A stretch of 63,076 nucleotides of DNA, filler included, from Asterionella formosa (Eukaryota): the NCBI GenBank assembly GCA_002256025.1. It is 6 parts of 6 records of this genome, joined end to end, with 100 filler letters (N's around TTAATTAATTAA, not from the genome) between each part and the next. Parts side by side here need not be neighbours in the genome. Positions count along the whole stretch, not along the records: positions 27,957 to 55,795 come from NKIB01001395.1; positions 55,896 to 57,621 come from NKIB01001397.1; positions 57,722 to 59,440 come from NKIB01001399.1; positions 59,541 to 61,258 come from NKIB01001400.1; positions 61,359 to 63,076 come from NKIB01001401.1; 1 more part is not named here. One strand, 5' to 3'. Below are positions 52,595-63,076 of the stretch, one piece after another. Each line of letters begins with the position of its first letter. Position 1 is the stretch's first letter. The position numbers and the translations under genes are program-made. The notes under the pieces were generated by a model. The model saw only the letters and a program-made list of their open reading frames with translations. It searched no databases and was not told where the DNA came from.

Positions 52595-53040
52595 GCATTT
52601 GGCATGCTGTCCTTGTATTTACTATTGAACTTGTCCGCATTTTTGCTACCGCCACCAAGAGAGCAAGAACAGCAAGTGGCTCTCTTCATTGTTGTTTGCT
52701 TGTAAGAAATATTTACATCCGTATCGTCATTTGCTTGCTGTTGGAACTGTCCGTTGCCTCAAACCTACTTGGTGTGTGCGTACACATACTGTCAACTTGT
52801 TTTCATTGGTATGTTGTTCTTGTATTCACTGTTGAACTTGTCCGCATCTTTGTTACCATCAATAGAGCGACAAGTGGGTCTCTTCTTTTGTTGTTTGCTC
52901 CTGTAAAAGTCGGTGTCCGTGTAATCCCCATCAATAGAAGGGCAAGTGTCCTTCATAATTGCGGTTGCTGCTGGAAAAATTGGTACTCGTGGTATCGTCA
53001 TTCGCTCGTTGAAACTATTGTCCGTTGCCTCAAACCTGAT
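52595..53040. repeat. Diverged tandem duplication (~210-270-bp period)
   Basis: ttgaacttgtccgcat..caagtgg.tctctt at ~52625 and ~52831; gtatcgtcatt..gtccgttgcctcaaacct at 52721 and 52992. Confidence 0.7.
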
Positions 53041-53995
53041 TAACCTGTGTGTACGACGTGTTTTTTTGCACTGTTGACTTGTGTACATTGCAGGAGTGAC
53101 TTAGCTACTAAAGTGCGTGTTATGATGTCAGACTCCGTAGTACGATGCAGAAAACAGTTCCCAATCAACATTGAATGATTGATAAGGTGATAATTTGATA
53201 TCACGATAGGTTTACATCGATGCATACATCACCAAAGTATGATACGTAATATTGAATAACGTATATCACATAGCTATGATGCATTGATCATAGAACTGTG
53301 ATGATTTCTTAAAATGTTTATGATATAATTTTGATCAAAATATGATCATGTCAAAATAATAAAATGATATTAAAATACGATAAAATATGTACGCAAATGA
53401 TATCAATACATCATGGAAAATAAATAAATAAATAAATAAATCATAAAGTATGTTACTTAATATATATAATTCAACTGTAAATGTATACAGTAAAAGCCAA
53501 CAGTTAATATGATAGTATTATAGTATGGTGCATAGGATCTAAGTATATGGATGAGTTGATATGTATATCACTATAATATGATTTGTGATATGGATTGATG
53601 CATATCACATACCGGTATCCTCAACAACCAGCCATCACCTTTATTCTTGTGTCGTTTTTCCTTGTTATAGCTATATATATGCCGGCATGTGTATTGCGTA
53701 AACACTACGCTGGCGGAACATGCATATTACACTGCTGTGCTCTGTTATACAATTACTACACTCGGTTACAATCACACCAGCTGCACCTCCACAAGCGCCG
53801 CAAAAAGCTCCGCGTTTCCCTTGCACTGTTTTACATCATTGTCTCCTGGCCCTTTGACAACTTTGCAAATGGCATTTCATGGATTTCAAGCAAAGGATCA
53901 ATCAAACAAGAAACGTGACTTACTTCCATTGCTTACACTACACGACTTTATGTTTTCAGAAAAGAAGATGAAGAAACTTATGAAATCAATCGAAG

Positions 53996-54360
53996 ATTCC
54001 AAAACTTTTTGCGGTTTCAGAGATTTCCTTGATTCCTGTGGTTTCAAAGCAGAAACAACAAATGCTGCCGAAAGTATGTTATGAAATTCAAAAACACACA
54101 ATTCGGCTGTATCATTGCATAAGGTGTCTCCTCTTGCAAAAAACATAACTTTTTGAATTTTCATTTCAGTTGAACTTTTCAAGGAACAAATACGCGCTAA
54201 GAGAATGGTTGTTGCGATGGTGAAAAAAACATTTCCCCAAAGAAATAGTTAAGCCAGAACGGAACTGTTTAGGAACTTGATTCATCTCCTTTCTCCCAGT
54301 TCACTTCCACTTCAACCCAGTCAAACCATTCACGACCAGAGACTCCTGCATTTAAATTAT
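53996..54360 (-). mobile_element. Second diverged copy of the Plavaka-like C-terminal fragment
   Basis: Direct repeat of ~47612-47965 with scattered substitutions; STEMKIQKVMFFARGDTLCNDT. Confidence 0.8.
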
Positions 54361-54392
54361 TATTCCTTTTTGGATCAAAGGCTGGTAGGATG

Positions 54393-55795
54393 GAGCTTGA
54401 TACCTTCCATCAAAATATTTCATTGCTTTTGCCTTGAACAGCCATTTCATTAGATTATCAAAGTTATCTGGTGGAAGGTAATTCTCGTTAAGGAATAACA
54501 TGAGTTCTTATTCGATTGTATGCATGTTTAGAGATTGTTTACTTGGAAGTTGAAATTGAGGAGGAAGGGGTATTTCCATTGCATTTTCATGGAGAAAGCC
54601 GGTGTGATCTTGAAAATCTGAATCTTGCATGGTCTCTGAATTCAATCCTTGGAGAGTTTTTAGCCTCAATTGTTCGTCTTGTTGTGACTGAATATTGTTA
54701 TAAACTGAATCGTCGTTGTCGTCATGAAATGGATGATTGTGGCCACTTGATTCAAGGATAGGACACAACATAATCTCTTCTTGTTGTCTACTCTCCCTAA
54801 ATGCTGCAGCAGTTACACTGCCATTAACTTCTTTCCTTGAATGATTCGATGCGCGCACTACCGCAATACATAGTTTCATTATGTATTCCAGGAACTCGAT
54901 GTTCTTGCATGCAATGTTGACAGTGACCATATGCATAGAAAACGCGGTTGCTACAATTTCGATTGTGAGACTCAGATGGGGATTTGTTCTTCCGAAATTT
55001 GTGGTTACACAGATAACAGCCACCATTGCATTGTGCGCAAAGACATTGCAAATTGCAAATGATGACCAAGTCAGGATATGAAAAGGATGGAATGAAAATG
55101 AATTATATACAATAATAAATTGAGCGCCAGCCACTTCGAACATGCTGTGCTGGAAAATACAGTGTCGTGAAATTATCATTCCACCATAGTAGTAAAAATG
55201 GAGGTAGACCGCTATATATAGTACAGGCGGCACTACTAGAAGTATAGAGCAGCGTCAATATTTTCCTATCATCTATGATATGATTTGTGAATTGTAGAAG
55301 TCTCACACTAACTATTTTTAATATGCAACTACTAAGTATGTCCCGTTGATTAATGCGTTCATTGTAATCAATATTTTTCTCAGGAACATTTGGTTGAAGT
55401 GGTTCAATATATTGATGCATATCCTCTTCACTTACATTGAGAAATGAGAAGTATGAGTGTGGGTAGATGATATTTATGGTGGCAGTAGCAATTCCACTGC
55501 TAGGATTCCTTCCATATTCAGATCGATTCTTTTGTGAAAAACTAGTGTAGATTTCCTTATAATAAACGAGTAAATCATCAGTCCATAGATCAGTGAGATC
55601 ATTTGAAACTGAACTTTCTTCCCTAACACTTTTTTGATAAGTGGACGGGTTTCCCACCAATGTCGACAAAATCAGTAGAATGACGAATATCGTTCTCTGA
55701 AATTTCATGCGTATCTGGATTGAAACCCAAATATTTTTGTTGCAATCGGAAATTTTCTTTCAGCACCAAGAAGCAAAATGCTTCTGTTCTGGCAT
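54393..55795 (-). repeat. Right arm of the 1403-bp inverted duplication, truncated by contig end
   Basis: Reverse complement of 48656-50058; runs into the N linker at 55796. Confidence 0.95.
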
Positions 55796-56520
55796 NNNNN
55801 NNNNNNNNNNNNNNNNNNNNNNNNNNNNNNNNNNNNNNNTTAATTAATTAANNNNNNNNNNNNNNNNNNNNNNNNNNNNNNNNNNNNNNNNNNNNCGGTC
55901 GCTAAGGGCTTGAATCGCAACAAGTGTCGTTCACTATATTCGTGTCTAAAACCCTAAAACCCAATGATGATGATTATGTCATTCCAGACTACCGGTACCA
56001 GTATTTCGAAGTGTACAAATGTTTGTTACCGACTAACGCAAATGCACCTACAATGCAGAATGTAGAGATGAATATAAGATGTAGCTATAGAGTCACTATA
56101 ATGAAATAAGTCCAATTGTTCTATAGCTATAGCGATAGCTATAGCTTCTATAAGACAAAGTAATCGTCACACCCGAAAATAAGTTAATGCCTTCTACTAT
56201 AATACAAAGTAGTCATCAACGAAAAGAAAAGCTTCATAGCTCTATAGCTCTATAATACATTGTTGTAATTCGCCGCCTCATTGGTTTGTGAGAACGGTCT
56301 ACCTGTTGTGAGATCAGACCAGAAGAAGACAATTGAACTCGAGGGCGTACCCCCGTAGGGGTTACTGGGTCCCAAACCAGTTGTTACTTGAACGATCGAG
56401 TGTGTCTTCTAAGGAAACATTTCACAGCGAGCAAACCGAACTTGATAGAATTTCATGTTGTTGTTGTTGTTGTTGTTTTTTTTTTGTTGTTGTTTTCGCT
56501 GTATTTGTTGTTTTTGTTCT

Positions 56521-57621
56521 TCATTTAGTAGTTTTGTTCAGTTCAAGTGGTGCAGACGGTACATTTACAATAGCAGTCACACTGATATCTTTCATACAAA
56601 CTTGCCTTTTGTCTTCATTGTCGGAAATGTATTTTGCAACCTTTGTTGCAACCACACCATCTAGCATAGCCTTAATCTCCATCTTTCTTGATTTCCATGA
56701 TTTGCGACAAAAGTAGCAATGTAAGACCCATAAATCGTCTCTTCGCATGTGCCATTCCTTGGCTGGTCTGTAATCCACCCAGTAGTTCGTATGTAGAGGA
56801 CGAGGATGAGATGACCCCCTGTAGACTTTCGGAGCAGCAGAAACAGAGCTGGCTTTCACTTGAGGTACCATTCCGTCTCCAGGTGCATAGTAGGGATGCA
56901 GGGAGACAGTCGGCAGCCATGTAAGCTTGAATACTTTCGCTGGCGATCCTTCGGCGGGATGCGCACTCAGATGAGGGGACTTCATATTTTGCACAGGGTA
57001 AGAACAGATTGACAACTTTGTACTTTCCAGTACAAGGTCTGACATTGCATTTACAATAGCAGTCACACTGGCATCCTTCATACAAACTTGTGTTTTGCTT
57101 TCTTTGTCGGAAATGTATTTAGCAACCTTTGTTGCAACCACACCATCTAGCATAGCCTTAATCTCCATCTTTCTTGATTTCCATGATTTGCGACAAAAGT
57201 AGCAATGTAAGACCCATAAATCGTCTCTTCGCATGTGCCATTCCTTGGCTGGTCTGTAATCCACCCAGTAGTTCGTATGTAGAGGACGAGGATGAGATGA
57301 CCCCCTGTAGACTTTCGGAGCAGCAGAAACAGAGCTGGCTTTCACTTGAGGTACCATTCCGTCTCCAGGTGCATAGTAGGGATGCAGGGAGACAGTCGGC
57401 AGCCAAGTAAGCTTGAATACTTTCGCTGGCGATCCTTCGGCGGTATGCTCACTGAGACGAGGGGACTTCATAGTTTGTACAGCAGGGTAAGGACAAATTG
57501 ACGACTTTGTACTTTTCAGCACAAACTCTGGCATCGCATTTACAATAGCAGTCACACTGGCATCCTTCATACAAACTTGTGTTTTGCTTTCTTTGTCGGA
57601 AATGTATTTAGCAACCTTTGT
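56521..57621 (-). CDS. Partial ORF built from 486/489-bp tandem repeats (162/163-aa units), function unknown
   Basis: Anchor gcaacctttgt at 56636, 57122 and 57611; frame open from contig edge to TGA at 56521; each unit contains HCYFCRKSW. Confidence 0.55.
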   Translation of the reverse strand, partial: TKVAKYISDKESKTQVCMKDASVTAIVNAMPEFVLKSTKSSICPYPAVQTMKSPRLSEHTAEGSPAKVFKLTWLPTVSLHPYYAPGDGMVPQVKASSVSAAPKVYRGSSHPRPLHTNYWVDYRPAKEWHMRRDDLWVLHCYFCRKSWKSRKMEIKAMLDGVVATKVAKYISDKESKTQVCMKDASVTAIVNAMSDLVLESTKLSICSYPVQNMKSPHLSAHPAEGSPAKVFKLTWLPTVSLHPYYAPGDGMVPQVKASSVSAAPKVYRGSSHPRPLHTNYWVDYRPAKEWHMRRDDLWVLHCYFCRKSWKSRKMEIKAMLDGVVATKVAKYISDNEDKRQVCMKDISVTAIVNVPSAPLELNKTTK

Positions 57622-57780
57622 NNNNNNNNNNNNNNNNNNNNNNNNNNNNNNNNNNNNNNNNNNNNTTAATTAATTAANNNNNNNNNNNNNNNNNNNNNNN
57701 NNNNNNNNNNNNNNNNNNNNNTTTTTGATGCTTGCATGGTGTGCTTGATTGATCTCTTCATCCTCAATTTCAATCGTCAC

Positions 57781-58828
57781 TCAAATAAATGCATATTCTG
57801 TTTCTTCGCATGTAATGTAGACCTTAGTGTCTTCAACATATTCATAGTCAAAAAACGTCTTGTTGTTTGGAGTCAAGTTAATTATTTCAAAATCATCATC
57901 TGTATCAGACTTTTCATCATGGATTTCGATCGTTTCAACAATACCAACAAACATTCCAGTTTCTTTCTTTTCCTTTGTTTTCTTTTCTTCAGGACAATCC
58001 TTAGCAATGTGACCTGCATAATTGTTGCAATTGAAACAATTGACACCTTTGCCTTTCGTTTCTTTGTTTGCGCCTGCTGTATTGCTCTTGGATCGGCAGT
58101 CAGCTGCCTTGTGTCCTTGTTTTCCACAATTCTTGCAAAGTCCCTTGAATTTACCATTTGCAAACAAAGCAATCTCGTTGGTATTTAGATCCTTGAACTT
58201 CCTTTTGTAGAATGCACGAAGTTTAGATTTCAAATCTGATAAAGTAATAGTACCCATTCCTTCAATAACAGTAATGACTTCACTGTACTCTTTAGGTAAC
58301 TTGTTCATCATGTGCGCAATGACTTCAACCTCTTTCTTTTCAAATGATGAATCAATTTGACGCATTCTGTTCTTGATGTTATCGAGAGCAATGAACCATT
58401 CATCTGGGTCTGCTTTAGTACTCTCCAATGTACAATCATTGAATTCACCTGTTAGCTGAATCAAATCAGTAACTTGATGAGCAGCATATCGATCCTCCAA
58501 ATACTGCCAGGCAAGAAAAGCATCTCCATCCATCAAATCATCTCTCTTGGCAGAATTCACAATCCCAAATGCAATCCCACTGACACTAAGAATCAATAGC
58601 TGATATGCCTTGTCATTCAACTCATACTTCTTCTTCTCGTCATCATCAGTAGACACCAAATAGGCATCATCGTCGATTGGCTTCGTGTCTTTGGCATAAA
58701 CATGCCTAAAAACTTAAGATTTCGCAAGCTGAAGAGTCTTGATACTCCACTCATGACCAGGCAGTTTCGCTTCCATCAAACTTGATCAAGCAAACAGTCT
58801 CACCTGATTTCTCATCGGCCGTAACCAT
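57781..58828 (-). mobile_element. Ty1/Copia gag (Retrotran_gag_2-like plus two CCHC zinc knuckles), 5' part disrupted
   Basis: MVTADEKSG..KFDG..W(fs)HEWSIK; NDKAYQLLILS, AWQYLEDRY, LPKEYSEVIT; CKNCGKQGHKAADC and CFNCNNYAGHIAKDC. Confidence 0.88.
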
Positions 58829-58859
58829 GTCTCTAGACCTGTAGGTTCGTTTTAAAACG

Positions 58860-59268
58860 TGTTAAATTGTCTAGTTGAAATATCACAGATCTTACTTTTC
58901 AGATCTCTAAAGCTGAAAACGTATTTTCACTTTACACTTTGTAATATTGTGAGCTTTCTGTTAATAGTCTATCTAGTCTTGTTCTTGCCTGATTACTCAT
59001 GTAATCCCGAACAAGACTTCTCACACTTTCCTTGATCCCGTCAAAATGATCTTGCTTACTTTGACAATAAGTAAGCATATTCTTTCGACAATAAGTGAGC
59101 ATCTGATTCACTTGTCAATTAGTAACATCTCCAGTCATTTGTCAATAAGTAAACATCTCCAGTCCAGTCATTTGTCAATAAGTGTCGAGATGTTTTGGGT
59201 CTTGGTTTCTAATCACTACTAAGAATATTGATTCTCGATTCGTTGGATTCCATATATTTTATCACATA
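58860..59268 (-). mobile_element. Candidate 5' LTR of the Copia element
   Basis: Minus strand ends ...TTTAACA ~30 nt upstream of the gag ATG; five GWCAATWAGT motifs at 59061-59183; distal boundary uncertain. Confidence 0.45.
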
Positions 59269-59541
59269 CATACATATGAGTACATAGGTACCAGGTACCA
59301 CCAGTGTGACATACAATCTTGTCGGCATGAACTTTTCCTTGTCCTTGTCATTAAATATTGCGAAACCATATGATAGGTCTACAGTTTGCCACGGCTCACC
59401 TTTCTCATTGCTAGCTATGGTTGTGATCATTTGTATGAAGNNNNNNNNNNNNNNNNNNNNNNNNNNNNNNNNNNNNNNNNNNNNTTAATTAATTAANNNN
59501 NNNNNNNNNNNNNNNNNNNNNNNNNNNNNNNNNNNNNNNNG

Positions 59542-59963
59542 TGTTAAAGTGAGCTCATCTACGTAGTTAGGACTCGGAGTCAAACGAGTCAAACGATTCG
59601 AATGAGTCCACTTTGATGTACCAAGCTCTCATCAACCACACATTATACTTTGCTACTCCGACTATAATGAGCCGGACAACATAAGCTATTTCGGAAGACC
59701 GATAGTTTGAAATGAATGATCATGGTTAAATACCTATGATCAGTAAGTGTGAGATAGACATGGGTCTATCTATGATTGTATGTTCCTAGAAATGCAAACA
59801 GCATTTGGAGAATAGTTCGTTTGTTTTGTTCAAACAGAACAACCTAAACTAGATTAGTAAACTCACAATAAGAATATAGAAACGGAAAGAGAAACGAACG
59901 TCTCTATCTATAGTCTTCTTTGTCTAACGATATAGATCTATACAAAAAGGTAATACTTTAACA
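59542..59963. mobile_element. LTR (solo or terminal), 422 bp
   Basis: Begins TGTTAAAGT and ends ACTTTAACA (perfect 9-bp inverted ends, TG...CA); left flank lost in the gap so no TSD check. Confidence 0.65.
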
Positions 59964-60264
59964 TACGTGCACCAGGGGGAGGAGTCCAAAACACATGCCT
60001 GTCTGTCTACACAGTAACGATGAGGGTTTTCAATGAGGATGCATATAACTATGTAGTACCAGTACCTGTTAGTTTCAGTACAACCTGCCAATCATCCCGT
60101 CTGCGAGAGAGACATTGAAGCGGCCGCTAATAAGCCAAGCCAGGCTAGATCAGATCATAACAATGAAACTTGGATTCAAGACAACCTAGCAATAATTTGC
60201 ATTTTCGTTTGAACATTCACAATTGGAATGCCCAATGAAACAATTGAAAAATTCTGCTCCGTTG

Positions 60265-60492
60265 TTAGTTATCGCCTTGATAGTTGGTATATAAATAATA
60301 ACACAGCCAACCCGAGAATACCAGAAAGCCAATAGCAACAGAGAAAATAAGAAAATCCAGGGTGTAACACAGGCAACACTTGATGGAATATTTGGGAACA
60401 CCGTCGTCTTCATCCTTCATCAAAATGTGCCTGCCAGACCCATGATGGTACTCATAATGCGCAAGAACGAGAGGCTCTTTATTCACTGCCAT
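60265..60492 (-). CDS. Possible small single-pass membrane protein (75 aa)
   Basis: ATG-initiated ORF with charged N-terminus, CCLC and one hydrophobic stretch (FLIFSVAIGFLVFSGWLCYYL); divergent from the gene at 61084. Confidence 0.35.
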   Translation of the reverse strand: MAVNKEPLVLAHYEYHHGSGRHILMKDEDDGVPKYSIKCCLCYTLDFLIFSVAIGFLVFSGWLCYYLYTNYQGDN

Positions 60493-61083
60493 TACAGTGA
60501 TGTGTGTGAAGATTCCTTGTTCAGAGTCCTAGCGGCACCGGAAGACTATTGTCTACAAATACGGATATTCTTCTTGATCACAGACTGCACTCGCTCTCCA
60601 ACATTTATTTTGTTTATTAATCGCTTGAAGCGATGTTGTCATGATATTTACCGTACATGCAAGAAGTGGCATAAAATACCCGCCGCTGCAGGGATCATAA
60701 ATTTGTTCGGTTCATGACATGATTCTATCGACTAGCTATGTACCGGTAGTACAGTACAGTACCTGGAACCTGATACTAGTACCAGGTACCTGGTGCCAGA
60801 TACAGACACCCCGACACAGGGGTATTGATTCGGGACTGCCTGATTCACGTTTCTATGTCATGCTGACGTGTGACTGTAATTAACATTTTCCCGTCTACCG
60901 GTATATGTATTGTAATGGTGTGATGGCATGTGTGACCGGTACCAGTACCAGGCAGTATCAGGTACCAGTATCATAACGGGTAGACTATGTTGTTACCGAT
61001 GTGATAACGACGCTACCGGTACCGGGTAGATGCAATAATTGTGAATTGATCATGGTTGGATTAAAAAAAATCAACAATTGAAG

Positions 61084-61258
61084 ATGAAGATCATCGGCCT
61101 AACCTTGCTTGCAGTACTCCCGGGCGCACGGTGCTTCCAAAGCATCCAGAAGTCACAGAGATATAGCTTCAAATGCTCCGCGAATGAATGGAAAGGCGAT
61201 TTCGATGATTATTTCGAGGAAAATCAAGAGCTCCTGATTTCTGACCTGTTTCCTCAGG
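61084..61258 (+). CDS. 5' part of a probable plastid-targeted protein, truncated by gap
   Basis: MKIIGLTLLAVLPGARC-F (signal peptide with +1 Phe), S/R/K-rich transit-like segment, then WKGDFDDY. Confidence 0.55.
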
Positions 61259-61358
61259 NNNNNNNNNNNNNNNNNNNNNNNNNNNNNNNNNNNNNNNNNN
61301 NNTTAATTAATTAANNNNNNNNNNNNNNNNNNNNNNNNNNNNNNNNNNNNNNNNNNNN

Positions 61359-61535
61359 GGACTGGAACTGGAGGGACTTCCACTCCCTGTTGTGGACAGA
61401 TATATGTATCTGGGTGTCCTCATGACACCAGGTCTGTCTATCTCGTCTATGGTGGACCATAGAGTCAAGCAAGGGCGGGCCACAGTTGCCACCTTGGTAC
61501 CGTTTCCCCCTCACGGGATGGAAACTTGGCCGTAG
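61359..61535 (+). mobile_element. Non-LTR retrotransposon RT C-terminal (thumb) fragment
   Basis: Manual translation GLPLPVVDRYMYLGVLMTPGLSISSMVDHRVKQGR contains the YxYLG motif typical of LINE RTs. Confidence 0.75.
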
Positions 61536-62027
61536 TTGAGGGGCCCTCTCCCTTGATGTGCTGGCGGAATCTATCTATGTATTTCGTCCACACAAGGTGA
61601 CCAATGTCCATCCACTCACCGAAATGTGGTTAAACTAGGTGGAAGCCTGGGGCAAAGAAGATTGGGTACAAATGCACCACCAACAACAATGGGTGCGAAA
61701 AGAGTTATAAAAAAATAGGAAAAAAGAAATAAAAATTGAAAAAATAAAGTTAAAAAATAAAATAAAAAAATAAAAAAGAGGGGAAGAAAAGGAACCCGGC
61801 CCTGGGAGGGAAATGGCAAGTAGCAACACAACTTAGTACTGTTTTGTGCTCAACAGTGAAGTGATTGCCACTACCTCCCCCACCGAACCCCACCGGAAAC
61901 GTGGTTAAACTATCTCACCGAAATGTGGCAAAACTAGGTGGGTGGGATAGGATTCTTGATGCTATGGGTGGCAAGCACTGGAGTTCTGTCTCCTACCCCA
62001 CTCCCACCCGAGTATTCACTATCGTGA

Positions 62028-63076
62028 CTACTCGCGGGACCTCTCTCTAAGCCTGGCAGGTCGAGATGCGGTTCCGGGCATGGGGAGACCAAAAAAGTGC
62101 CGAAACAAACACGTGCTTCGACAAATTATAGGAATCGACGGAGTGTCGTTCCACCCGCAGCTCCTCGGGGGCTGAACCAAGAAATTGGGACAGCTGAATT
62201 TGTGCAGGAGACTGGAGATTCTGCCAGAACAGCGTTTGTGGGCCCTTTCCAAGGGGGGACACAAGGAGAGGAGGAAAAGGAACCTGGAGGAGAGGGAAGC
62301 ATGGGGAGACCACAGGGTGGTGACCAGAGAGTAGGGGAGAACAGGGGACCACATGGGGAGTTTCCAACACGACTCCCGGCGCGGCTCATACGACAGGATG
62401 CAGTCCGAAATGACCAAGTCCAGTTGTGTGTTTGGGGGGAAGAGGGCAGTCTCAATATATTCTGGGAACGCCTCTCTTACCTCTGTCGTGCATCGACGAT
62501 TGTTGACCATGTGACGAAAGTGGTTCGGGTCTGGCAGGAATGCAAGGCACGCATCAGATTCGACATTTGGGTAACAAGCGCCTATGTTGCTACATTCTTG
62601 GGGAAGATGGAACCTGGAAAGGCGCGGTATGGGTGGTATTTCCGACACCACATACCGTATTTGGAGAGGGTGGGACCAAGCTTGGCACCTGCGGCCGCAG
62701 GTGCTCAGATAAACCCACCCGGATCCCCAACGCCCACGATACCACCAGATGGCTGTGGGGCACCACTGGTGGTGGGCACCCTTAACATCAACGGGCTGCA
62801 GCGGAAAAAAACCGATCTTCGGTTTCTGTTGCAACAAACCCGGTGTGATGTTATGGCAGTGCAGGAGACGCTGCTCCGATCAACGGATTGGCAGCTTCGT
62901 TTGCCAGGTTACCATTGCCTCACAGCAATGGGGGACCTGACAGCGTCGCAGCGAGGTGTGGCAATACTGGTGTCGACCAAATTCAACTGTACCCCAGTTG
63001 GTAAGGCCACACCATTTTGGACTTTTGCGAGAGTCTATGGGGCCACCCTCTTGAGGCCTATTCTTGTGGGAACAAT
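62028..63076 (+). mobile_element. Non-LTR retrotransposon (LINE) ORF with APE endonuclease, open to window end
   Basis: Stop-free frame from 62028 (first ATG 62301): VGTLNINGL..DVMAVQET..LPGY..QRGVAILV; absent from the ORF track because it has no stop in the window. Confidence 0.88.

Noticed and set aside
56333..56716. ORF with poly-Cys/Phe/Val
   Set aside because: Product of a (GTT)n/T-rich microsatellite, antisense to the repeat ORF
62028..62837. 269-aa minus-strand ORF
   Set aside because: Antisense shadow of the plus-strand LINE endonuclease ORF

Overview
Eukaryotic nuclear DNA, most likely from a diatom (inferred from bipartite plastid presequences, a circularly permuted type III-like metacaspase, short GT-AG introns, and Copia, Plavaka-like and LINE remnants). 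Five identical 100-nt N/TTAATTAATTAA/N linkers show it is joined from contigs, so adjacency across them is unproven. A gene-dense core (~26.7-45.5 kb) holds a Yip1-domain protein, a Nup50-like protein, an NSUN2-like m5C methyltransferase, an AsmA-like protein, an organellar LeuRS, an ARM-repeat protein, syntaxin-5, a divergent metacaspase and a prolyl 4-hydroxylase. The TE-rich flanks hold an M50 (EGY-like) protease, two tandem secreted beta-propeller proteins with mucin-like stalks and probable GPI signals, a trypsin fragment, rearranged Plavaka-like copies with a 1403-bp near-perfect inverted duplication, Copia pieces, an LTR and a LINE. Best leads: a VHL-beta-like module fused to the prolyl hydroxylase, palindromic TACCAGGTACCTGGTA motifs clustered at gene 5' ends, the degenerate metacaspase, and a 162-aa tandem-repeat ORF. 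All family calls come from manual motif recognition; no database searches were run.
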